64,000 nucleotides of DNA, from the NCBI GenBank assembly GCA_963823555.1, contig CAWGMA010000001.1:2080001-2144000 (forward strand), given 5' to 3'. Source of the stretch: Candidatus Eiseniibacteriota bacterium (lineage in GTDB: Bacteria > Eisenbacteria > RBG-16-71-46 > CAVPCR01). The position numbers and the translations under genes are program-made. Each line of letters opens with the position of its first letter. Position 1 is the first letter of the stretch. Positions 41,482 to 50,241 of the stretch are shown one piece after another. Below the pieces are notes generated by a model, which saw only the letters and a list, made by a program, of their open reading frames with translations, did no database searches and was not told where the DNA came from.

Positions 41482-42795
41482 CTAGCTGGCGGCGCGCCGG
41501 TGGCCACGACCGGCGGCGGGGGGAACGGTGCGGATCTCGAACGTGGCCGGTGGGACGGTACGCCTGGCTTCGGGGCGGGGCTCGGCGAGCGCTACCCGCC
41601 TGTCCTCTACGTACTGCGGCTTGCCGGACACCGTCCGCGGGACCTCGACCTCGGGCTGGACCTCGACCTGATCCGGGCTCAGACGGAGGCTTCTTTTCAG
41701 TGCTTCACGCACCGCCGCCGAGATCACGCTCGCCTCGACCGGCGCTCCGGCGACGGTGACTCGCAGACGGTCCACCTCGTTGTCGTCCCGGTGGATCTCG
41801 ATCTTGAACGGGGCACTGCCGGCGATCGAGCGAACGGCATCGATCAGATCGTTCTTCGCACAGAGGACTCCACGGATCTTGGTCAGATCATCGGCGCGCC
41901 GGAGAACGCGAATCCGCCGCCCCCTGCGCCCGCATGGGCAGACACCGTCCTGAACCGTGACGTGGTCCCCGGTGCGGTAGCGAAGGAGAACCATGGCTCG
42001 ATTCTTGAGCCCGGTCACGACGAGCTCGCCTTCGCCCTCGGTAACCGGATGACCTCCATCATCGACGATCTCGTGATGCAGTCCATCCTCGAGCAGATGC
42101 ATGCCATCGTGCGCCGCGCATTCGGCGGCCAGCGGACCGAACTCGGTCATCCCGTACTGGTCGAAGATGCCGGCGCCGGGCACGACCTTCTGGAGCCGGG
42201 CACGCAGCCCGGCCGTCAACACTTCTCCCGCGCACTGGAGGATGCGCACGCGGCCGATCTCCTTCCCGTCCTCGCGGCGGAGGTCGCCGAGAAAGCGCAG
42301 GAGGTAGGAAGGGACGCCGTTCACCACGTCGGGGGCCAGCGCCCGCGCCGCGACGGCGGCGAACGTGGGCGGGGTCATGGCGGCCGAGCCGAAAGGGATG
42401 ACGAGCGTGCCGAGCGACGTAGCTCCCCAGTCGTAGAGATTGCCGGCGATGAACGTGCCGTAGCCGAAGAGATTGAGGACCCGATCGCCCGGCTCGACAC
42501 CGGCGAGTCGCATGGTCTCGACCGCGCGCTCGGTGATCGAGACGATCTCGTGGACCGAGTAGGCGACGATCGCCGGAGTGCCGGTGGATCCCGATGTCGT
42601 ATGGACGCGGATCGCCGGCTCCCCGGTGAGGAAACGCTGGAAGTCAGCCCGGAAGTCGTCCTTGGTAGCGAAGGGCAGGGGCGAGAGATCAGCCGACTCG
42701 GCCACCCGGTCGAGCGTGGCGCCATGGCGCGCGTAGAAGGGCGCGCGCCTGGCGGCGGCCAGGATCGGGGCCAGGGCGGCGGGCATGAGCGGCAC
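41482..42795 (-). CDS. Phenylacetate-CoA ligase (PaaK)-like adenylate-forming enzyme
   Basis: TTSGSTG, YGMTE, RYRTGD, RRADD, SGK. Confidence 0.85.
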   Translation of the reverse strand: MPLMPAALAPILAAARRAPFYARHGATLDRVAESADLSPLPFATKDDFRADFQRFLTGEPAIRVHTTSGSTGTPAIVAYSVHEIVSITERAVETMRLAGVEPGDRVLNLFGYGTFIAGNLYDWGATSLGTLVIPFGSAAMTPPTFAAVAARALAPDVVNGVPSYLLRFLGDLRREDGKEIGRVRILQCAGEVLTAGLRARLQKVVPGAGIFDQYGMTEFGPLAAECAAHDGMHLLEDGLHHEIVDDGGHPVTEGEGELVVTGLKNRAMVLLRYRTGDHVTVQDGVCPCGRRGRRIRVLRRADDLTKIRGVLCAKNDLIDAVRSIAGSAPFKIEIHRDDNEVDRLRVTVAGAPVEASVISAAVREALKRSLRLSPDQVEVQPEVEVPRTVSGKPQYVEDRRVALAEPRPEARRTVPPATFEIRTVPPAAGRGHRRAAS

Positions 42796-42829
42796 GTCCT
42801 CTCTCCTCCTCAACTCGATCCTCGACGTC

Positions 42830-43408
42830 TCAGATCTCACCCGCGTCGCACGCGAGAAAACGCTCCGTGATCTGGATGGCCGGCTGCCCGCCACAGTGAA
42901 TGCGATAGGTGCGGGCGACCAGCCTTTCCTCAGAGTCGATGCCGAGAGCCGCCGCGCGGGACCCCGCCGCTTCGTCCACGGCACCCAGTAGCTCTCGGTA
43001 CGACTCGATCTTGTGCTCCCGGATCAGCTTCCCTATCGGCTTGGCCGTGGCCAGGAGCTCGTGCCGGATATCCGGCGCGAGGCGCTCGAGCACCAGCAGG
43101 GATTCGGCATGGAGGAAGATCCGCCCCGATCCGGCGCCGCGGATGACCACGGTGCGGCGGATGACGGGCGTTCCCGGTGGCAGCTCCGGCCACTCGGGCA
43201 GGGGCGCGATCGCATGCTCCTCGCTCAGCTTCTCCACGGCCACGGGCTCGAGAAAGGACTCGATGAGATTGGTCACCGTGCCATCCGTCGCGAGAACGGC
43301 GCGCCTGAGCGACGGTTCGAGCGGAACCGCTCGTCCGTTGCGTGGCAGCGCGTGCGGGGGGCGTGCATTGTGCACGTCGAAGGAATGCGTTCTGGGATCG
43401 CGTCGCAT
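42830..43408 (-). CDS. Chorismate pyruvate-lyase family protein (UbiC/DUF98-like)
   Basis: LATDGTVT, RRTVVI, HAES, PIGKLI, RTYRI, ITERF; start uncertain. Confidence 0.8.
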   Translation of the reverse strand: MRRDPRTHSFDVHNARPPHALPRNGRAVPLEPSLRRAVLATDGTVTNLIESFLEPVAVEKLSEEHAIAPLPEWPELPPGTPVIRRTVVIRGAGSGRIFLHAESLLVLERLAPDIRHELLATAKPIGKLIREHKIESYRELLGAVDEAAGSRAAALGIDSEERLVARTYRIHCGGQPAIQITERFLACDAGEI

Positions 43409-43508
43409 GTTGCACCCGGGGAAACGGGCAGGCGCGGGCAGCACCGGCCCTCTGCCGACGCGAAAAGCAGGAAGCGTGCCCCGGGAGCGGTGCGGAAGAG
43501 GTCAGGAG

Positions 43509-45977
43509 CTAGTCGCGCTCACCGTGCCCGTCTCCGCCGTCATCGGGCACTTCCTCCCCATACTCGCGCAGCCCCTCGGCCAGTTCGGCCATCCGCTCGT
43601 CGACGAGGAAATGGACCGACCCCGGAGGATAGCGCCCGTCCTCCGGATTGCGTTCCCCGGCGGCGTATCCGGTCAGGATCTCGATTCCCTCGTCGATGGT
43701 CCGCACCGTGTAGATGTGAAATCGACCGGCGGCGACCGCCTCGACGACCTCCTTCGCCAGCATGAGATCGGACTCGTTGAGGGCCGGGATCAACACCCCT
43801 TCATTGCCCTTGAGGCCGCGCGCCTTGCAGGTATGGAAGAACCCCTCGATCTTCTCGTTCACGCCTCCGATCGGCTGGATCTCGCCGAGCTGGTTCACCG
43901 ACCCGGTGACGGCCAGATGCTGGCGAATCGGAATGCCGGACAGGCTGGACAGGAGGGCGTAGATCTCGGTCGAGGAGGCCGAATCGCCGTCCACCTGGCT
44001 GTAGGACTGCTCGAACCCGATCGACGCGCTCATCGACAGCGGCTTGTCCTGAGCGAACCGGCTGCGCAGGTAGCCCTCGATGATGAGCACACCCTTGTTG
44101 TGGGTCTTCCCCGAGAGCTCGGCCTCACGCTCGATGTTGATGATGCCGGCACGCCCCATCCCGGTCTGCGCCGTGATGCGCGAGGCCTGGCCGAATGCGT
44201 GGTCGCCCGCATCGAAGACCGACAGGCCGTTCACCGTGCCCACGCGTTCCCCCTCGGTCTGGAGGAGCACCGTCCCGTCGACGTACATCTCGCGCACCTT
44301 GTCCTCGATCAGATCGACGCGGTGCCGGCGCGCAGCGATGGCGCGATCCACGTGCTCGCCCAGAACCAGAGGCGCCTCCGCGGAGTGCGCCCAGTACGAT
44401 GACTCACGAATCAGATCGGCGACATCGCTGAAGCGGGTCGAGATCTTGTCGCTGCGGCCGGTCATCCGCACCGCTTCCTCGATCACGGTCGCCACGCCGC
44501 TCGCCGCGAACGCCTTGAGCTTTTCCTCGTTGACGATCTTGCAGACAAAACGGGAGTAGATATCGAGGACCTGGTCATCTCGCGGCATCACGGAATCGAA
44601 CTCGGCCTTGACCTTGAAGATCTTCGGGAACTCCTCCTCGTAGGAATAGAGCAGGTGATAGAGCATGTGATCACCGATCACCACCACCTTGAGATCGAGA
44701 TCGATCGGCTCGGGCTTGAGCGAGCTGCCGGAGAAGAGTTGCCAGACATCATAGGACTGGATGACCAGGCTCGAGTTCTTGAGCGTGCGCTTGAGCGTCG
44801 GCCACACCGCCTGATCTTGCAGGGCATCGATCAAGTTGAACACGAGGTACCCGCCGTCGGCAGCGAGGACGGCCCCGCTCTTGATCATGAGGAAGTCCGC
44901 CGGGGTGCCGGAAGTAGGGCCGTCCCCACCCACGCGCTCGATCGAACCGAACAGGTTCTTGAAGGTCGGTGTCGTCTCGATGACGATGGGCGCGCCTCGA
45001 ATCTCCGAGTTGTCGACCAGCACGTTGACCTGATAGACGCGAAACGGATCGGACTCCGGCTCACCCTCCTCGTCCGACTCCTCGAACAGCGAGAGATGAT
45101 CGAGGATGTGCGCTTCCACATCCTCGAGGTAGGAGCCGAGCTTGGGATGGTTCTGGTGGCTCTCGCGGATGTCGTGGATGAGACCGTCGATCACCTGGTG
45201 TGCGAACTCGTGCTGTAGCTTCTCGACCTCCCGCTTGGCCTCGCGGGCGAGATCGCGACTCTTCTTGAGCGCCTCGGCCAGCTTGAGGACGAGACCGTGG
45301 TGTTTCTCCCGGATCCGGGCGAAGTCTTCCTCCTTCAAGTCCGGCACCTTCTCGTCGAGATCCTCGAGGCGCACGGCTTCGCCCTGGTGCAGGTAGGCAA
45401 CCTCCGGCTTGGAGATCGGACCCATCTCGACTCGGACCAGGGTGAAGCTCTCGGCGGCGAGCTCCTTCTCGAGCGCCTTGACCATGGTCTGCTCGCGCTC
45501 GGCGAAACCCTGGAGGATCCGCTGGCGGCGGACCTTGAAGGCCTCGGAATCGAAGAGCTGCGGCAGATCTCGCTTGAGCGACGCGATGAGCTCTTCCATC
45601 TCCCGCCGGAGCACCCGGCCCTGACCGGCGGGCAACGCCAGGTAGAGCGGCCGGTCCGCATCGCGGAAGTTGTTGACATAACACTTGTCGCCGGGAGTCA
45701 CCGTCGACCGATCGATCTCTTCGAGAATCTGCTTGATGGTCGTGGTCTTGCCGGTTCCCGTGAGGCCGGCCACAAAGATGTTGTAGCCTGGGCTCTTGAT
45801 CTCGAGCCCCTGCCGGATGGCGTCGACCGCTCGCGCCTGGCCGATGATCTCCTCGCAGGCGATCAGATCATCGGTGGAGCGGAAGGGCAAGCGGGCGGGC
45901 GGGCAGCGCCAGCGCAGGCGATCCGCTTCGAGCTCGCGATGCTCCGGAGCTGGAATCAGCTGGAAAGTCTCTTCCAT
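43509..45977 (-). CDS. Lon-like ATP-dependent protease (LonC/AAA_32-type, S16 domain)
   Basis: IIGQARA, GLTGTGKTT, VNGLSV, DGDSASS (Ser), IGGVNEKIEG (Lys). Confidence 0.92.
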   Translation of the reverse strand: MEETFQLIPAPEHRELEADRLRWRCPPARLPFRSTDDLIACEEIIGQARAVDAIRQGLEIKSPGYNIFVAGLTGTGKTTTIKQILEEIDRSTVTPGDKCYVNNFRDADRPLYLALPAGQGRVLRREMEELIASLKRDLPQLFDSEAFKVRRQRILQGFAEREQTMVKALEKELAAESFTLVRVEMGPISKPEVAYLHQGEAVRLEDLDEKVPDLKEEDFARIREKHHGLVLKLAEALKKSRDLAREAKREVEKLQHEFAHQVIDGLIHDIRESHQNHPKLGSYLEDVEAHILDHLSLFEESDEEGEPESDPFRVYQVNVLVDNSEIRGAPIVIETTPTFKNLFGSIERVGGDGPTSGTPADFLMIKSGAVLAADGGYLVFNLIDALQDQAVWPTLKRTLKNSSLVIQSYDVWQLFSGSSLKPEPIDLDLKVVVIGDHMLYHLLYSYEEEFPKIFKVKAEFDSVMPRDDQVLDIYSRFVCKIVNEEKLKAFAASGVATVIEEAVRMTGRSDKISTRFSDVADLIRESSYWAHSAEAPLVLGEHVDRAIAARRHRVDLIEDKVREMYVDGTVLLQTEGERVGTVNGLSVFDAGDHAFGQASRITAQTGMGRAGIINIEREAELSGKTHNKGVLIIEGYLRSRFAQDKPLSMSASIGFEQSYSQVDGDSASSTEIYALLSSLSGIPIRQHLAVTGSVNQLGEIQPIGGVNEKIEGFFHTCKARGLKGNEGVLIPALNESDLMLAKEVVEAVAAGRFHIYTVRTIDEGIEILTGYAAGERNPEDGRYPPGSVHFLVDERMAELAEGLREYGEEVPDDGGDGHGERD

Positions 45978-46029
45978 GGATTATTTCTTCAGGGTTGGAG
46001 GATGGGGTGGCAAGCCGGCGAAGGGTAAC

Positions 46030-46641
46030 ATGGCGTCACCAGGCTGTCACCGGCGCCCGATCGCCTTCGATCCGGTCTGCAGCGTGTGCCCGGCGCTGGC
46101 CGCCAATCGACAGCGTGTCGTTCCCGGCTACGGGCCGCGGCCATCCGCGATCGCCTGGCTGGGTGAAGCGCCCGGCCGTCTCGGCGCTGACGTGACCGGC
46201 GTCCCCTTCACCCGCGACCGGAGCGGACGACGGCTGCAGGCGCTCCTCATCCGCCTGGGTCTCTCGACCGAGATCGATCCGGCCGTCGAGAGACCCCGAC
46301 TCGGAACCTTCGTCACCAATCTCGTCCGTTGCAACCCACCTGCCAACCGCGCTCCCACGGCCGAGGAGATGGCGAACTGCGCCTCCAGCCTCCAGAGGGA
46401 GCTCGCCCGCGTGCGGCCGGTCGTGCTCGTCACGCTCGGTCTCCTGGCGACGCGCTTTGCCTTCGCCGCCTTCCTCGACAGAGCGGCGCGGCGCATGACT
46501 CCTCTCCACGCCTGGCCGGTCGTGGTCGAGGACCGGCCCTGGCCGCGATTCATCGTGCCCGCGCGCCACCCGGCGCGCGTCTCCAACGCTGACTGGGCGC
46601 GCCTCGAGCGAACCCTCGCCCGCATCGTCAAACCGGAATGA
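46030..46641 (+). CDS. Uracil-DNA glycosylase, family 4/5 (Fe-S type)
   Basis: CSVC, GEAPG, TNLVRCNPPANR, C-terminal HP motif. Confidence 0.85.
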   Translation: MASPGCHRRPIAFDPVCSVCPALAANRQRVVPGYGPRPSAIAWLGEAPGRLGADVTGVPFTRDRSGRRLQALLIRLGLSTEIDPAVERPRLGTFVTNLVRCNPPANRAPTAEEMANCASSLQRELARVRPVVLVTLGLLATRFAFAAFLDRAARRMTPLHAWPVVVEDRPWPRFIVPARHPARVSNADWARLERTLARIVKPE

Positions 46642-46642
46642 G

Positions 46643-46678
46643 CGAAGCCCCCGAGCGACTCGGCGCTCGGGGGCTTCG
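46643..46678. terminator. Hairpin between convergent genes (possible bidirectional terminator)
   Basis: 15-bp perfect stem CGAAGCCCCCGAGCG / CGCTCGGGGGCTTCG; no clear U tract. Confidence 0.6.
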
Positions 46679-46723
46679 GCTCGGCCAACATGGAGCGCGC
46701 CTGCGGCGCGCCCCCGGGGAATA

Positions 46724-47641
46724 CTAGCGGTAGCTCGCCTTGAGCGAACCCCAGGTCGTGGGCTCGACCGCGGTCGTCTGGCAGGCGATGCCCTCGTGCT
46801 GGGTGATGATGTTGGTCCCGAACCCAGACGTGTAGACCACGCCGTTGTTGTTCGAGGTGATGGCCGTCTGGCTTGCTCCCACGCCCGGGAACGTCGCGAG
46901 CGGCGGGGTGGTCAGGGTCTGGTGGAACTGATGCCGGTTGAGCTGGAAGTTGGTGGCGAAGAACATGTCGAGGCAGCGATCGTAGTCGATCTCGCCCCAC
47001 GAGCCGCCGCCCGGAACCGCCTGCGACGAGATCTGGGTCCACTGGCCGGCCGCACCGAGGGTGATCTTCTTGATGAGACCCTCGTTGTTCGAGACCCAGA
47101 TGCCGCCCGAGCCGTCGACGCAGATGCCGAGGATGGTGTTGATGTTGGCGTTCGGGTTCGGGTTCATCGCGCCGTCGACATTCCAGAACTCGTTCAGAGC
47201 ACCCGAGGCCCGGTTGATCGACATGATGATGTCGTCGTGCAGGTTCAGGTCGCCCTGGAAGTCGGTGACGAGGAGACGGGCGCCATCAACGGAGGCACCG
47301 TCCTGGTTGCCATCGATGGTGAGCCCGTAGCCGAGGATGTTGAATGACCGGATCACCGGGTAAGGATTCACGGTGCTCTGCTCGATGAGACGCCCGCCCG
47401 ACTCGTTGGCGACCCACACGCTGTTGGCGTCGTAGGCGAGCCCGACAACGGACTGAGCGGCAGCAGGCCAGCTCGCCTGCACGGTGCCGAAGGCGACGTC
47501 GGGAGCGCTGCCACCCGGCACCGAGCCGAGCTCGTTTGCTGCCCAGACGGTGAACGATGAGTACTCGGTGGCCGATGCGACACTGGCGGCGAGTGCGAGC
47601 GCCGCAATCGTCACCGCGAACATCCTGACGCAGTTCCGCAT
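46724..47641 (-). CDS. Secreted beta-propeller-like protein with C-terminal AVEPTTWGSLKA motif
   Basis: Signal peptide ending ASA; blades such as GLAYDANSVWV and GICVDGSGGIWV. Confidence 0.85.
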   Translation of the reverse strand: MRNCVRMFAVTIAALALAASVASATEYSSFTVWAANELGSVPGGSAPDVAFGTVQASWPAAAQSVVGLAYDANSVWVANESGGRLIEQSTVNPYPVIRSFNILGYGLTIDGNQDGASVDGARLLVTDFQGDLNLHDDIIMSINRASGALNEFWNVDGAMNPNPNANINTILGICVDGSGGIWVSNNEGLIKKITLGAAGQWTQISSQAVPGGGSWGEIDYDRCLDMFFATNFQLNRHQFHQTLTTPPLATFPGVGASQTAITSNNNGVVYTSGFGTNIITQHEGIACQTTAVEPTTWGSLKASYR

Positions 47642-47741
47642 GATGCCTTCCCTTTCTGTATTGACGGGGCTGGAGTGGGTGATTAGGCGCGGGGAACCGG
47701 GACGGCCCTTGCGCCACCGGCGGTGCCCTCCACCGGTTGTT

Positions 47742-47768
47742 GTATCCTATCATTTATCAACCGGTTAC
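47742..47768. promoter_or_regulatory. IHF consensus site within an AT-rich element
   Basis: TATCAACCGGTTA (47755-47767) matches WATCAANNNNTTR; overlaps the inverted repeat ACCGGTTG...CAACCGGT. Confidence 0.55.
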
Positions 47769-47977
47769 GCAACAACAAATGACTCGTCCGGAGGAGCCGG
47801 AGGCGAGCCGAGGGCGATCTCGCTCTCCTGTCGGGTCGCATGCCCCCCTGAGACCGGGTGTGGGGACATGGCCCCGGCCCTCGAGCCGCCGGAGAACGTC
47901 TCGGGATCATCCGGAACCCTCTGCCCCTCAATCAGTTGAAGACGCGATCCAGCCGACCGTATTGAGCTCGGGCGCAG

Positions 47978-47993
47978 AGGCATGTGCCTTGCT
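47978..47993 (+). promoter_or_regulatory. Sigma54 -24/-12 promoter
   Basis: AGGCATGTGCCTTGCT (GGCAYG-N4-TTGCW); predicted +1 at about 48004; IHF-like TCAATCAGTTG at 47928-47938. Confidence 0.65.
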
Positions 47994-48003
47994 GTACCAG
48001 GCT

Positions 48004-48328
48004 GGCGACGGGAGCCGGGCTACCGCCGGACCCCAACCCGGTGGCAGCCGTTGCGAGAGCGGTCCTCCTCTCTCCTCGGCCGCGCCGCCCTCCAGGCGGC
48101 GCGGTGTACGAACCGCGATCGCAGCGGCAAACCAGGGTCCAAATCTCCAGGACCCGCCTGGCACCCAAAGCCCTCTGGGGTGCCACCCAACCGGCGCCGC
48201 CTGGGCCTCGAGGCGTCGGACGTGCGATGGGGTGGACGGCCCCCATCGCACGAAGAGGTGACCTGTCACCCTGGCAGTCGTGGGCGGCATTCCCCGCCGC
48301 ACGCCGACTGCCACCGGCTCCCGTCTCC
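48004..48328 (+). ncRNA. Candidate novel large multi-hairpin ncRNA
   Basis: 12-bp closing helix 48007-48018 / 48314-48325 enclosing about 9 adjacent hairpins; intergenic; 5' end at the predicted sigma54 +1. Confidence 0.6.
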
Positions 48329-48637
48329 CGCCTTCTTCTGGCGCGCCCCCGAACCACGTCACCGCCGGTCCAAGCGGCTACGGAATTTGCTGTTGCCGTC
48401 GCAATGGCCGGTGCTAGGATGGCGCGCGGCAGCGCCGGGGCACGTTCGCACACCGCTTCGCAGCACAGGGCAAGCAGCTCACCAGAACAACACGAACGGC
48501 TTTCTGACCGCGAACGGCTTCTCGAACCACCTCGGAGCCGCAGTGGGCGCGCGGCCGGCGGATTCTCACCCGTCCATTCCTTCGTAGCGTGACGATCCCC
48601 GTCGGGGCCCAGGACGGACCTCGAGAGGAGAGCCAAG

Positions 48638-50173
48638 GTGCCCAAAGGCTCAGATCCCCACGTGCCGCAGGGAAAGCGGCCTCCGGTTTCCACGTCCCGG
48701 AGATCCTCTTCATCGCATGACGATGAGGCCGATGCGGCAGCGGGGACGCGGCATGAATCCAGCCCCACGCTGACCTGGGCCAAATGGATCGAGTCGCTCG
48801 GCACGCCGTCGGTGTCGGAGGATGCACCCGAGCCTCGCGCCGATCTCGCCGGGCTCGCGGAGCGCCTGCGCGAAGCCACGGAGAGAGCTCGCCAGGTCCG
48901 GAGCGCTCGTGAAGCCTCCATCAGCGGCGCGGTGAGAGAGGTCCCGGCAACGGCCGCCGCTCCCGCGGCTCGCGAGGCAGCCACTAAGCCGAAGCCGCGT
49001 CCACGCACATCCGGCAAGCCTGCGAAGGCAGCTCCCAGGGCGCGGAAGCAAGTGCCCGCGCCGCCGAGGGAGATCGAGCCGAAACCCGCGCCGAGCCCAT
49101 CCCCGGTCCGGTCGCGCCGGAGCGAACGCGCATCCGGATCGGTGCCGCCAGCGGCACCTGCGAAGGAGCTGGTGGCGGCACCCGCTCCCATCGCGCGGGC
49201 ACAGGCGCCGGCTCTGGCTCGCCGCGACCTCGAGACGCAAGCACCCACCGCGCCGCCGGCGCCAGCGAGTCGATCCCATCCGCCGGCGGAGCGCTTGGCG
49301 GTCCATGACGACCCGTTACCCCATGGCTATGGCGACGACCGCATCGTGCTCATGAGCAAGGATCCCTACTGGCTTCACGCCTACTGGGAGCTGACCGGAG
49401 CCAGCCTCAAGCGAGCGTGGGAATTGCTCGGGCACACGACCGCAGCGCTGGCGCTTCGCGTGCACCATTTCGCCGCGGCCCATACCGGCGATGAATCCGG
49501 CTCGTTCGATGTCGAGGTCAGCGAGCAAGCTCGCAACTGGTACATCCACGGTGGCCATCCCGGAGGAGCTTTCGAGGTCGAGGTCGGACTCAAGTCCGCC
49601 GACGGTCGTTTCGTGGGCCTCGCTCGTTCGGCGAGGATCGTGTGTCCCACGGACCGACCTTCCGATCTCCTCGACGAGGAATGGCTATCCCTGGCTGGCG
49701 AATTCGAGGAGATCTACGCGCTCTCCGGCGGTTACCGCACGCTCACGAGCGGCGGATCGCTCGAGCTGCGCGAGCTTCTCGCCCGCCGGATGGAGGAAAT
49801 GATGGGGTCCGGGGCGGTGTCGAGCTTCGGCATCTCGAGCCTCGGCGTGTCGAGCTTTGGCGCACCCGCGATCGGCGCATCCGGTGCCTATCCGGCGGCA
49901 CCCCGCCACCGCAAGTTCTGGTTCGTCCTCGGCACCGAGCTCATCGTCTACGGGGCGACCGAACCCGATGCCAAGGTCACGTGTCAGGGCCGTCCGGTCA
50001 CCCTGCGACCGGACGGGACCTTCACCCTGCGTTTCGCTCTTCCGGATGGAACGCAGACCATCCCGTGCACAGCCACTTCCGCGGATCGAGTCGACACGAT
50101 CACGATCACCCCGCGGGTCGAGAAGAACACCAGCCAGGAAGAACGGCGCCACGATGGTGACAGGCATCCCTAG
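48638..50173 (+). CDS. DUF4912 domain protein
   Basis: LPHGYGDDRIVLMSKDPYWLHAYWEL, ARNWYI, FWFVLGTELIVYGATEPDAKVT, RPDGTF; GAGGAG SD. Confidence 0.88.
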   Translation: MPKGSDPHVPQGKRPPVSTSRRSSSSHDDEADAAAGTRHESSPTLTWAKWIESLGTPSVSEDAPEPRADLAGLAERLREATERARQVRSAREASISGAVREVPATAAAPAAREAATKPKPRPRTSGKPAKAAPRARKQVPAPPREIEPKPAPSPSPVRSRRSERASGSVPPAAPAKELVAAPAPIARAQAPALARRDLETQAPTAPPAPASRSHPPAERLAVHDDPLPHGYGDDRIVLMSKDPYWLHAYWELTGASLKRAWELLGHTTAALALRVHHFAAAHTGDESGSFDVEVSEQARNWYIHGGHPGGAFEVEVGLKSADGRFVGLARSARIVCPTDRPSDLLDEEWLSLAGEFEEIYALSGGYRTLTSGGSLELRELLARRMEEMMGSGAVSSFGISSLGVSSFGAPAIGASGAYPAAPRHRKFWFVLGTELIVYGATEPDAKVTCQGRPVTLRPDGTFTLRFALPDGTQTIPCTATSADRVDTITITPRVEKNTSQEERRHDGDRHP

Positions 50174-50241
50174 CATCGCCTCGGTCGCCGAATTCCCGGC
50201 CCTACCCCTCTATGGCGGCTCGCGCCGCCCCTGGTGACAGC

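Noticed and set aside
48125..48185. GGCAAACC...CAAAGCC resembling a c-di-GMP-I riboswitch core
   Set aside because: No GNRA tetraloop/receptor or proper P3 is visible, and the bases fit the local hairpins of the larger structure better.
48004..48350. Identity as tmRNA, RNase P RNA, SRP RNA, 6S RNA or tRNA
   Set aside because: No GAGGAAAGTCC, no SRP GGAA/AGCAG loop, no tRNA-like T-arm or CCA end, and not a single long rod.
48375..48391. CGGCTACGGAATTTGCT as a fifth sigma54 promoter
   Set aside because: GG-to-GC spacing is 11 rather than the required 10.
47928..48592. ORFs 47982-48587, 47984-48592 and 47928-48362
   Set aside because: Arg/Pro/Ala-rich GC shadow composition, no SD and no recognisable motifs.
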